Assembly: GCA_018396535.1 (NCBI GenBank) | Contig: JAGTQC010000002.1 | Span: forward strand, 71,152 to 135,151 | Origin: Candidatus Bathyarchaeota archaeon | GTDB lineage: Archaea; Thermoproteota; CALKCG01; B24; DRYS01 | Length of the DNA: 64,000 nucleotides | Direction of reading: 5' to 3' | Shown: one piece after another, positions 30,657 through 39,324 of the stretch | Layout: each line of letters starts with the position of its first letter | Position numbering within the stretch: the stretch's first letter is position 1 | Program-made: the position numbers and the translations under genes | Notes under the pieces: model-generated | What the model saw: the letters and a program-made list of their open reading frames with translations, nothing else | What the model was told of the DNA's origin: nothing | Database searches by the model: none

Positions 30657-31679
30657 GTGATTACTAGACTGCGACGGGTTATAACGATAGATCGGGATAG
30701 CGGAATACCTCTTATAGGATGTATAGCTTTCGGTATCATAGATAGGGGTACGAATATACTTCAAGTTAGACCTACGACTATATGTAATCTTTCATGTATA
30801 TACTGCTCCACGGATGCTGGACCTAAATCACGATATAGACTAACAGAGTATGTAGTTAACCTAGACTACCTGTATGATTGGGTTATAGAAGTTGTGAGAT
30901 ATAAGGGATCTAGAGGTATAGAAATCCATATAGATACTGTTGGAGAACCTACAACATACCCGTATCTCGCCGATCTGGTCCAGAAGCTATCATCTATAAA
31001 GGGGGTTGACGTCGTATCTATGCAGAGTAATGGTACACTTCTAGATGAAAAAAGGCTTGAGGATCTAAGAGATGCAGGGTTATCGAGGTTGAATCTATCC
31101 ATAGACACTTTGGATTCAGAAAAGGCTAAGATTATAGCTGGAACAGAGGATTACGATATAGAGAAGGTTAAAGCTATAGCTGAATACGTTACGAGTATAA
31201 ACGGTTTGGATCTGCTTATAGCGCCTGTATGGGTACCGGGTATTAACGATCAAGATATACCAGAGATAATAGAGTATGCTTTAAGAATAGGTGCTGGTAA
31301 GAAGTGGCCTCCCTTAGGTATACAGAAGTATGAAGCACATAAGAGGGGGAGAAAACCATCTAGCATTAAACCATTCTCATGGACTAGATTCTATAGAGAG
31401 TTGCATAGATTAGAGAAGAAGTATGGTATTAAGCTTATTTTGAAACCGGAGGACTTTGGTATACATCCTAGACCCACGATACCATCACCCTTCACTACTG
31501 GTATGAAGATCAAAGCTGAAATCGTAGCTTCAGGATGGCTTAAAGGTGAGGTATTAGCTGTAGCTAAGGGTAGAGCTATAACTGTAGTAGATGCCAGCGA
31601 TGAGCTCATAGGTAGACGCGCATATCTACGGATTATAAGCTGCAAACATAATATATACTTGGCTAGAATTGAAGGTTAA
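30657..31679 (+). CDS. Radical SAM protein with C-terminal TRAM-like domain
   Basis: 'CNLSCIYCS' CxxxCxxC radical-SAM cluster motif and a C-terminal OB/TRAM-like segment ('IKAEIVASGWLKGEVLAVAKGRAITVV'). Confidence 0.7.
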   Translation: MITRLRRVITIDRDSGIPLIGCIAFGIIDRGTNILQVRPTTICNLSCIYCSTDAGPKSRYRLTEYVVNLDYLYDWVIEVVRYKGSRGIEIHIDTVGEPTTYPYLADLVQKLSSIKGVDVVSMQSNGTLLDEKRLEDLRDAGLSRLNLSIDTLDSEKAKIIAGTEDYDIEKVKAIAEYVTSINGLDLLIAPVWVPGINDQDIPEIIEYALRIGAGKKWPPLGIQKYEAHKRGRKPSSIKPFSWTRFYRELHRLEKKYGIKLILKPEDFGIHPRPTIPSPFTTGMKIKAEIVASGWLKGEVLAVAKGRAITVVDASDELIGRRAYLRIISCKHNIYLARIEG

Positions 31680-31762
31680 CGCTGCGCTTTATCTACACAT
31701 TCAACTTTGTTGATTGTAATGTAGGTATTTAAATACCTGTGTAATATATTACACAGAGTGAT

Positions 31763-32563
31763 ATGAAGCTACATGGGATACCAGCTAAAAGGATAGCTGT
31801 GATAGCTGTATTCACAGCGCTAACCATAGCGATAGCTAAACTTCTACCGAATATACCTATAGTAGGTTTACCACAAGGCCAGGGTAGTATATCTCCATCG
31901 GTCATCCTCTATCCTATTATGGGGTTAATCCTGGGACCATCCTTGGGGTTAGTAACAGCTTTGATAGCTAATACTATAATCTGGATAATACCTCCTCAAA
32001 CTATATTTGGTCTTCTCACCATACCAGCGGGAGGGGTTGCTGCGTATATTACAGGATCCATAGCTAGAAGGCCTAATACTGGATGGGTAAAAGCTGCTAT
32101 CGTAGCAGCAATACTCATAGGATGCTGGTATGTTACGCCTATAGGGTTTGAAGCACCATTCTACCCGATACCTCTTCATAGTGTAGCTTTAGCTTTAACG
32201 CTAGTATTCAACCGTAGGATTCACACTTGGATAGAGGAATCTGGTAGAGGGTATAGACAGATCCTGGCTTTACTCATAGCATGTTTTGCAGGTATCATGG
32301 CAGATCATATGTGGGGTAACCTTATGTTCATATTAGGAGTAGGCTTATATATACCTATGAAGACTATACGTGACACTCTAAATGCTATAGGTGTCCTAGC
32401 TGTTAAGATGGGGTTACCTAACATACCTCTTAGAGGTCTTGGCGATTTATTTATGGTAATGCTACCAGTTTCAGCTATAGAGAGAGTTATTATGACGATT
32501 ATATCAGCTATGATAGGTTTAGCCGTATTCAAAGCTATGAAAGTTTATCTAATGAGGATATAG
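31763..32563 (+). CDS. Polytopic membrane protein (possible transporter component)
   Basis: 266 aa, six or seven hydrophobic helices, Gly-rich helices. Family not identifiable by eye. Confidence 0.4.
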   Translation: MKLHGIPAKRIAVIAVFTALTIAIAKLLPNIPIVGLPQGQGSISPSVILYPIMGLILGPSLGLVTALIANTIIWIIPPQTIFGLLTIPAGGVAAYITGSIARRPNTGWVKAAIVAAILIGCWYVTPIGFEAPFYPIPLHSVALALTLVFNRRIHTWIEESGRGYRQILALLIACFAGIMADHMWGNLMFILGVGLYIPMKTIRDTLNAIGVLAVKMGLPNIPLRGLGDLFMVMLPVSAIERVIMTIISAMIGLAVFKAMKVYLMRI

Positions 32564-33619
32564 AATCTTAGCATACTCCAATCCGGCATATTCGAGTGTA
32601 CCCAAAACTAGCCTATAATATATTCTACCCTTCTTTCTATCGTACACCTCTTCAAGCTTAGCCTTTACTTCTATTCTATCACCGATCTGAAAGGCTGAGG
32701 AGAAGAATCCATCGAAAGATACTAGCTCCTCTATGTTACATATACCATTACCTTCAAGCCATTCTAGTACGGATATAGAATATATCGCAGGTAAAAATAT
32801 ACCATCTCGGTCATCCACTACCTCTGCCACAACCTTAGCTAAACCTTTATGTCTGTAAATTCTATCTCCATATCTCTCATCTACATATAGACGTTCAGGA
32901 TGCACAGAGAAGTATACATCATCGAATACGCCTCTCTGCCATACCCTATCGTATATCTTTCTAAGATCATCCACGCTTAAAGGGTAATATTGTATCTTCT
33001 CATTGATAGACTTATCTATATGGCTCTGCGGGATAGACTTGATAACTCCACTCTTTTTAAGATCTAGTAAAGCCTCCCTAACCTTTATGGATTCATCTAA
33101 ACCGTAGACTGTTAGATCTATATCAGAGAACCGTGGATTATGTATCCCTACGAGTATGGAGCCTGTTACGCCGAAGAATTCTAAAGGTATACCTGTAGAA
33201 TCTATGAGAATCTCTACTAGCTTCGTAAGCTTATCTTCTAATATATCGTCTGCCCCTCTATGCATAATCTCTTCCAGTTTTTCTTCAGGTTTAAAATGTC
33301 TAACTATCCTTTCGATAGGTATACATGGCATATTTATACCCCATGCGTCGATATAACGTACATAATACGGATACTTATCCAACAGTCTTATGGATTCCCT
33401 TAACGATAGCATACTATAGACTTTCATTAATCTCTCATAGTTTAATCCATCTCTACTTCTCCAGATAGATCCTGAAGATTCACTTGTAGCTATATATCTC
33501 GGATAGGCTACTACACAGCCATCTGGATGCACCTCACCTACTATGCAAAAGAGAATGTTCTCAGCGGTCTCTAAGAAATCTCTATTTTTAAATCGATTAT
33601 ATCTACGTATAGTATTCAA
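32549..33619 (-). CDS. Predicted nucleotidyltransferase (Pol-beta superfamily) with N-terminal extension and C-terminal OB-like domain
   Basis: 'GVTGSILVGIHNPRFSDIDLTVYG' matches the hG[GS]x(9-13)Dh[DE]h NTase motif. The C-terminal 'IGDRIEVKAKLEEV' is OB-like. 356 aa. The 3' end overlaps the convergent membrane-protein gene by 15 nt. Confidence 0.4.
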   Translation of the reverse strand: MNTIRRYNRFKNRDFLETAENILFCIVGEVHPDGCVVAYPRYIATSESSGSIWRSRDGLNYERLMKVYSMLSLRESIRLLDKYPYYVRYIDAWGINMPCIPIERIVRHFKPEEKLEEIMHRGADDILEDKLTKLVEILIDSTGIPLEFFGVTGSILVGIHNPRFSDIDLTVYGLDESIKVREALLDLKKSGVIKSIPQSHIDKSINEKIQYYPLSVDDLRKIYDRVWQRGVFDDVYFSVHPERLYVDERYGDRIYRHKGLAKVVAEVVDDRDGIFLPAIYSISVLEWLEGNGICNIEELVSFDGFFSSAFQIGDRIEVKAKLEEVYDRKKGRIYYRLVLGTLEYAGLEYAKILYPH

Positions 33620-33664
33620 CCCTGAATCTTGGATAAATCATCTTAACGTTTAAAAATCTACCTT

Positions 33665-35530
33665 ATGAAAAACTATTCTAGGGTAAGCAGTGGATCCATG
33701 CCTAAACATATATCGTGGTGTCTAGATTGCGGTGTACCTCTGCTACAGAAGGTATGCGGAATATGTGGTAGTGTAGGTATAGATGTAAGGCTTACAGGTT
33801 TAGCCGATCCTAGACCTGCTTTCGAGGGGGATATAAAGCATATAGATGAAGGATTGAGGAACAGCTTCGACGTAGGTATTCATGAGGTTGGGTTAGATGG
33901 AGTACCTATAATCGTTAATAGGATACCATATATGGATGAAGCATTTGAGGTAGTAGTAGGCGGAGCTATCATAGCGCATGTATTCTTCGATTTATATATT
34001 CTGAAGTGGAAATTGAAACCATTCAGATGGTTTTGTAAAATCCTACTTGATAAGGGGTTGCTACCTTCTATCAAGTTAAACTGTAAGCCTAAGAGTAAAG
34101 GTGTAATCGAACATCTATCTAATTTCAGTAGCTTAGATCGTGGTTATTTAGCTCTCATAGATAGAGATGGATGCGTGATAGGTTTAGCTGAAGCGGATGA
34201 TAGGCATATATACATCCTTAAAACATGGGGTAGGGAGGAATGTGAGAAGCCTATAATTAGACGTAGAAGCTTAGATGATATTCTTAAAGCAAACGTTAGA
34301 GAAGTGGAAATGGCTAGATCGAGGGCATGCAAATTCACAGTTAAAATGAAGGAGAGATTTCATTCATCGTATCTCACCCTGGCATACTCAGGTGGTAAGG
34401 ATAGTTTAGCTACTCTATCGATAGCATTAGAAGCAGGCTTGGATCCTATACTCATATTTAATGATACAGGACTAGAGCTGCCTGAAACGGTAGATAACGT
34501 TCATAGAGTAGCTGATAGATTCTCCTTAGATATCTTAGAAGCATCGGCAGGGGATTCCTTCTGGAGCTATCTAGACATATATGGCCCTCCAGCTAGGGAT
34601 TACAGATGGTGTTGTAAATTATGTAAGCTGATACCTATGAATAGACTCTATAGAAGGGTTGGTGAAGCTCTAAGCTTCATAGGACAAAGAAGGTTTGAGT
34701 CTAGAAGACGTAGCCGATCTGGAAGTGTAGGACGTAATAAACTCCTACCTAACGTAATCTATTGTGCACCTATAAACGATTGGACTATGCTACATGTATG
34801 GCTATATCTTAGGAGGGTTAAACTCGATTCGTATGCTAACCCTTTATATCGTGAAGGATTCGATAGAATAGGATGCTACCTATGTCCATACTGTAATGTA
34901 GCTGAATTTAGGGAGGTTGAGAGACTGCATGAGGAGCTATGGCATAGATGGATGAAATACATAGATGCATGGGCTTCGAAACATAGCTATAACCAGGTAT
35001 ACGTAGAGAGGCATTTATGGAGGTGGGTTAATATACCATCGAAGATAGCGAATTCTTTCAGTATAAATCGCCCTACTAGGATTGATATAGACGATAAGAT
35101 CGGATACTCTAGGATGAGGTTATGCTATGGTAAAGCTATAAAGCTTAGTATACCTAAATGGTTTGATCTAAGTCTTATGGATACTTCATGCTATATATAC
35201 GGTGTAGATTTCAAGTCGAAGAATGGTCTAGCTATAGCATCATATGATGATTCACGTATATACGTCAATATGGATAGGGGGGAGGCTACAATTATATCGA
35301 GAGATAATGGTTGGAGAATACTTTTGAAAATACTGATTAGACCTATCTTCTGCACGAAGTGCGGTTTATGTATCGATGTATGCCCATCTAAAGCGTTATC
35401 GCTCTCCAATAAATTCTTATTTGAAAGGAGGGTTTGTACTAGATGTGGTCTATGTATGCGGGTATGCCCTTCGATAACTATAGGATTTAGATTCTTATCG
35501 AAGCGTATAGAATCCGCATGCAGTTTATAG
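33665..35530 (+). CDS. PAPS-reductase-like PP-loop ATPase fused to an N-terminal zinc ribbon and C-terminal 2x[4Fe-4S] ferredoxin domain
   Basis: N-terminal 'CLDCG...CGICG' Zn-ribbon. PP-loop 'LAYSGGKDSLATL' with downstream PAPS-reductase-like blocks ('FNDTGLELPET', 'RWCCKLCK'). C-terminal 'CTKCGLCIDVCPS' and 'CTRCGLCMRVCPS' ferredoxin motifs. 621 aa. Confidence 0.65.
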   Translation: MKNYSRVSSGSMPKHISWCLDCGVPLLQKVCGICGSVGIDVRLTGLADPRPAFEGDIKHIDEGLRNSFDVGIHEVGLDGVPIIVNRIPYMDEAFEVVVGGAIIAHVFFDLYILKWKLKPFRWFCKILLDKGLLPSIKLNCKPKSKGVIEHLSNFSSLDRGYLALIDRDGCVIGLAEADDRHIYILKTWGREECEKPIIRRRSLDDILKANVREVEMARSRACKFTVKMKERFHSSYLTLAYSGGKDSLATLSIALEAGLDPILIFNDTGLELPETVDNVHRVADRFSLDILEASAGDSFWSYLDIYGPPARDYRWCCKLCKLIPMNRLYRRVGEALSFIGQRRFESRRRSRSGSVGRNKLLPNVIYCAPINDWTMLHVWLYLRRVKLDSYANPLYREGFDRIGCYLCPYCNVAEFREVERLHEELWHRWMKYIDAWASKHSYNQVYVERHLWRWVNIPSKIANSFSINRPTRIDIDDKIGYSRMRLCYGKAIKLSIPKWFDLSLMDTSCYIYGVDFKSKNGLAIASYDDSRIYVNMDRGEATIISRDNGWRILLKILIRPIFCTKCGLCIDVCPSKALSLSNKFLFERRVCTRCGLCMRVCPSITIGFRFLSKRIESACSL

Positions 35531-35670
35531 AATCGATCCCTTATCTTCACGTATATATTTTATACCTGCTAACTTTATATCCTGATAGCTTATCGTGTAT
35601 GACATGCATAGAAAGGTGTTATAACGATGTTTAAGAAGCTGCTATACAATATCCCTTGGAGGGTTAGCGT

Positions 35671-36957
35671 TTGACCAGAATCATAGATATACCATACATA
35701 TCTAGAGTCGAGGGAAAAGGCTCTCTCGAAATAAGGATAAGTGGAGGAACTATAGAAGATTTAAAGTTTAAGATACATGAAGCACCTAGATTTTTTGAAG
35801 CATTCCTAATTGGTAGAATGTATTATGAAATTCATGAAATAGTATCTAGGATATGTGGCGTATGCCCTGTAACTCATCAGATAACAGCTTTAAAATCTAT
35901 CGAGAAGATACTAGGTTTAGAGCTACCTGAACACATACACCATCTTAGAGAGCTTATGGCTATAGGTGGCATACTAAGCAGTCATGCTCTACACCTTTTT
36001 GCTATGGCTCTACCAGACTATACTGGCCACCCAGATATTATAGCTATGGCTAGGGATTATCCCGATGTGATTAAAACTGGCTTCAAGATCAAAGAGGTGG
36101 GAGATAACCTAGTCGAGATAATAGGTGGTAGGAGTGTACATCCAGTATCTACGATCGTAGGGGGCTTCACATCTATACCTACACATGAAAGGCTAAGGAG
36201 GTTTAAGGATAAACTCATAGAAGCTAAAAACCTAGCTTTAAAATATTCAAGCTTTATAGTTAATCTCGACTATCCTACGTTCGAACGTAGATCTGAGCAT
36301 ATAGCTTTCTACGATAGTGAGGATTACCCCATAAATAGCGGAGTAGTAAAGTCTACCGAAGGGTTGGAAATAACAGAAGACGAGTACAGGCGATGGATAT
36401 ATGAAGTTGAGGTAGGATACTCCAACGCTAAGCATTCGTATGTAAGAAATAGGGGTAGCTTTATGGTGGGTCCTCTCCCACGTGTAAATATAAACTATCG
36501 TAGCCTATCGGATGATGCTAGAGATATATTATCTTCAAGCCCGTTTAAGTTTCCATGCTTCAACCCGTTTGCATCTAACATAGCTAGATTAGCTGAGATA
36601 GTGACGCTGATAGATAAGGCTCTAAGGATTATAGATGAGAAGAAGTTGGAGGGGGTATCGCATGTGAAGCTTGAACCTAGAGCTGGGGAGTCATCCTCTA
36701 TAACAGAGGCTCCTAGAGGTATAAATTTCCATAGCTATAGACTAAACGATGATGGCGTAGTTACGTATGCATCCATAGCTCCACCTACATGTCAGAATGC
36801 AGCTAATATAGAGGCGGATTTAAGGGTATATCTTAAAGAGTATCTAGATAGGAGCGATGAAGAGATAGTTCGTAAAAGTGAGATGCTTATTAGAGCGTAT
36901 GACCCATGTATCTCATGCGCAACCCACTTCCTAGAAGTTAGAGTATCAAGAGTATAG
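35671..36957 (+). CDS. [NiFe]-hydrogenase large (catalytic) subunit, group-3/sulfhydrogenase-alpha-like size
   Basis: N-terminal 'ITRIEG'-type start ('ISRVEGKG') and L1 Ni-binding motif 'RICGVCPVTHQ' (RxCGxCxxxH). C-terminal L2 motif 'DPCISCATH' is followed by a 9-aa tail consistent with endopeptidase maturation. 428 aa. Confidence 0.8.
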   Translation: MTRIIDIPYISRVEGKGSLEIRISGGTIEDLKFKIHEAPRFFEAFLIGRMYYEIHEIVSRICGVCPVTHQITALKSIEKILGLELPEHIHHLRELMAIGGILSSHALHLFAMALPDYTGHPDIIAMARDYPDVIKTGFKIKEVGDNLVEIIGGRSVHPVSTIVGGFTSIPTHERLRRFKDKLIEAKNLALKYSSFIVNLDYPTFERRSEHIAFYDSEDYPINSGVVKSTEGLEITEDEYRRWIYEVEVGYSNAKHSYVRNRGSFMVGPLPRVNINYRSLSDDARDILSSSPFKFPCFNPFASNIARLAEIVTLIDKALRIIDEKKLEGVSHVKLEPRAGESSSITEAPRGINFHSYRLNDDGVVTYASIAPPTCQNAANIEADLRVYLKEYLDRSDEEIVRKSEMLIRAYDPCISCATHFLEVRVSRV

Positions 36958-36963
36958 TTTAGT

Positions 36964-37893
36964 TTATTCGAAGTATGGCTTCCTCCTAGCTATAGCTAAT
37001 AGGAAAAGCTTCTTAAGATCCTCTCTACTAGCTCCACATCTTATAGCCTCCACTATATTCACATGATTATCATAGCGTAGTAAACATGGTTTAAGTTCTC
37101 CTCTAGATGTAACCCTCAATCTATCACAATACTTACAGAAGGTAGGGTTATGCATAGGTTTCACAAGTTCAACTATTACACCATTGGGTAGAACATATCT
37201 AGGTCTAGCATGACTACTCCTACAATATTTAGCTATAGCTATCCTAGATAGAAGAATTTCGACTCTATCTAGCGACACATGAAATTTATCGTATAATTCG
37301 TTATCCACTACACCTACTTTTTCAAATTCTATAACCTGTAGCACTGCTCCAACATTAGCGGCATATCCTATCATATTTGGAATATCATCCTCATTCAAAT
37401 CTTTCAATAAAACCATATTTATTTTGACAGGGGTTAAACCAGCGTCTACAGCGGATTTAACCCCATCTAGAACTCTATCCAGAAGATCGAAACCTGTAAT
37501 AATCCTGTAAGTCTCCTTATTAATGGTATTAACAGTTATATTGATACGCTTTAACCCAACCTCTTTAAGCTTATATGCATAATTGGATAAAAGTACACCA
37601 TTAGTAGTCATCGAAACCTCCTCAATACCATCTAGACTAGATATACGGTAAATGAGATCCACTATATCCTTTCTCAGCAATGGTTCACCACCAGTAATCT
37701 TAACTCTACTTAAACCAAGTTCTGCACCTATACTTACTATAGATACGAGTTCATCTATATCGACATCACAATTCATACCTACACTATAATTCTCCCCTTC
37801 TCTATGACAATATATACATCTGAGATTACATTTATCAGTAACAGCTATCCTAAGCGTCGTCAATCTTCTACCATAATCATCTACAAGAGACAA
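36964..37893 (-). CDS. moaA: GTP 3',8-cyclase (molybdenum cofactor biosynthesis MoaA)
   Basis: 'CNLRCIYCH' radical-SAM motif, 'ITGGEPLLR', and the C-terminal second-cluster cysteines 'CKYCDRLRVTSRGELKPC'. Confidence 0.85.
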   Translation of the reverse strand: MSLVDDYGRRLTTLRIAVTDKCNLRCIYCHREGENYSVGMNCDVDIDELVSIVSIGAELGLSRVKITGGEPLLRKDIVDLIYRISSLDGIEEVSMTTNGVLLSNYAYKLKEVGLKRINITVNTINKETYRIITGFDLLDRVLDGVKSAVDAGLTPVKINMVLLKDLNEDDIPNMIGYAANVGAVLQVIEFEKVGVVDNELYDKFHVSLDRVEILLSRIAIAKYCRSSHARPRYVLPNGVIVELVKPMHNPTFCKYCDRLRVTSRGELKPCLLRYDNHVNIVEAIRCGASREDLKKLFLLAIARRKPYFE

Positions 37894-38067
37894 CTATCTC
37901 AGCACCATGTATCTAATTCCAACAGCCGAATCTTAAAAATTATACTGATACCATAGTCTAGATCATAGCTTGCATAGCTTAGCTAGGGAATGGGATTATC
38001 ATAGCATCCAATACATCACGATCTATAACGCCGGAAAGCTAATATACCGCCTACTAGGCTTCCTAGT

Positions 38068-38430
38068 TTGAGGGCGAATAACGTGGCATCTGTATCCTTT
38101 AAAGCTATCGTAGTCGGTAAGATTCTGGAAAAACTCCCAAGTGGAGAGGAAGTTGTACGTATAGATTTGGCTGAAGAAAAGCCTGCTACTCCACCCATAA
38201 TTATGGATACTAGTAGGCTTGAACAATCTGAGATAGCTAGAGAAGTTATACCAGTAGTAAGTCAAGTACTAGCATCTCTACCTATATCTCGTGCTACTAT
38301 AAGAGTACCTAGAGTTACGATCGTACTCACTATGGATGAGTGGGGTCAGCTAAAATCTAAACCTGATCTAGGAGATGAAATGACGGTAACGATAGAGGGG
38401 GATAGTATACACGTATCTAAATCCATCTAA
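38068..38430 (+). CDS. Hypothetical protein
   Basis: 120-aa ORF. No motif. Confidence 0.3.
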   Translation: MRANNVASVSFKAIVVGKILEKLPSGEEVVRIDLAEEKPATPPIIMDTSRLEQSEIAREVIPVVSQVLASLPISRATIRVPRVTIVLTMDEWGQLKSKPDLGDEMTVTIEGDSIHVSKSI

Positions 38431-38848
38431 GTACATATATGTGCGGATTTATCTTAATCCATTTACGTTCATCGAATAAATATCCTGATTCACCTTCGGT
38501 TAAAGGTCTTATTATAAGTGTAGCTTTAACCCTCCGAGCTATATCCTCCATATAAGGTATGAGTTCTGGCGGAGGCCTGATAGAGTAAAACATCTCGACA
38601 TCACGATACTCATCTACGTTCAACCTGGTTACATCATCGAGTTTAACTTCTAGATCAGGACATGTATGTCGGACATAATCTAAAACTCTTTGATCCCTAT
38701 CTACGACGATTATCCTAACATGCGGTAAAACCTTTTTGAGAGTACAAGCAACCCAAGGATTGAACCCTACTCCAAACTCAACTATAGCACCTATACCTCT
38801 ATACGAATTCACTATAGCCTTGACGATTTCATGCGTATCTAATAGCAT
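38417..38848 (-). CDS. UPF0146-family protein (small Rossmann/methyltransferase-like archaeal protein)
   Basis: 'IVEFGVGFNPWVA' glycine-rich loop near the N-terminus and a 143-aa size typical of UPF0146. Confidence 0.55.
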   Translation of the reverse strand: MLLDTHEIVKAIVNSYRGIGAIVEFGVGFNPWVACTLKKVLPHVRIIVVDRDQRVLDYVRHTCPDLEVKLDDVTRLNVDEYRDVEMFYSIRPPPELIPYMEDIARRVKATLIIRPLTEGESGYLFDERKWIKINPHIYVLRWI

Positions 38849-38867
38849 ACGATGACCCCTCGAAGAG

Positions 38868-39272
38868 TTAAGAGAAATCCATAAGTCTACGTGCAGCGAG
38901 CAGCTCTGGTCTTATCCCTATTTTTGAAGCCTCCTCTAATGATATACTATACATTCTCCCTCCTTTCCTAAAATGTTGAGGCGGTATGAAAAACCAGTCA
39001 TAGCCTGACCCTTTGAACTTAACTGCTATATATGGTGTGGCACCGAATTTTTCTGAAAATCTTATAAGCCGTTTCAAACCCTCCTCTCCAACGTAAATCT
39101 TCTTTCTAGAGGTGGTTTTTACTTCGATAGCTAGAATTAAACCTTTCCGTCCGGCTATGATATCAGGTCTTTCGATCCTCGTACCACTACCTGAGCTCGG
39201 CGCCCTAACTACAGCAAAACCAAGCTTAGATAACTTACGAGCTAGGAGCCTCTCATAATCTACGCCTTTCAT
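38868..39272 (-). CDS. hjc: Holliday junction resolvase Hjc
   Basis: 'YERLLARKLSKLGFAVVRAPSSGSG...PDIIA...IEVKTT' matches the Hjc catalytic core (the PD..(D/E)xK nuclease motif: the acidic and Lys residues). Confidence 0.8.
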   Translation of the reverse strand: MKGVDYERLLARKLSKLGFAVVRAPSSGSGTRIERPDIIAGRKGLILAIEVKTTSRKKIYVGEEGLKRLIRFSEKFGATPYIAVKFKGSGYDWFFIPPQHFRKGGRMYSISLEEASKIGIRPELLAARRLMDFS

Positions 39273-39324
39273 AAACCCTAAAATAGGATATACAGGATAG
39301 GGGGTTTAAAGATATTATTATAGA

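Noticed and set aside
35671-36957. Alternative reading of the 428-aa protein as NuoD/complex-I 49-kDa-like subunit
   Set aside because: Both Ni-Fe ligand cysteine pairs (CGVC and CISC) are intact. NuoD-type proteins have lost them.
38016-38265. Minus-strand 60-aa and 80-aa ORFs overlapping the 120-aa plus-strand ORF
   Set aside because: Mutually overlapping short ORFs with no features. At most one can be real, and none has support. The plus-strand one is kept only at low confidence.
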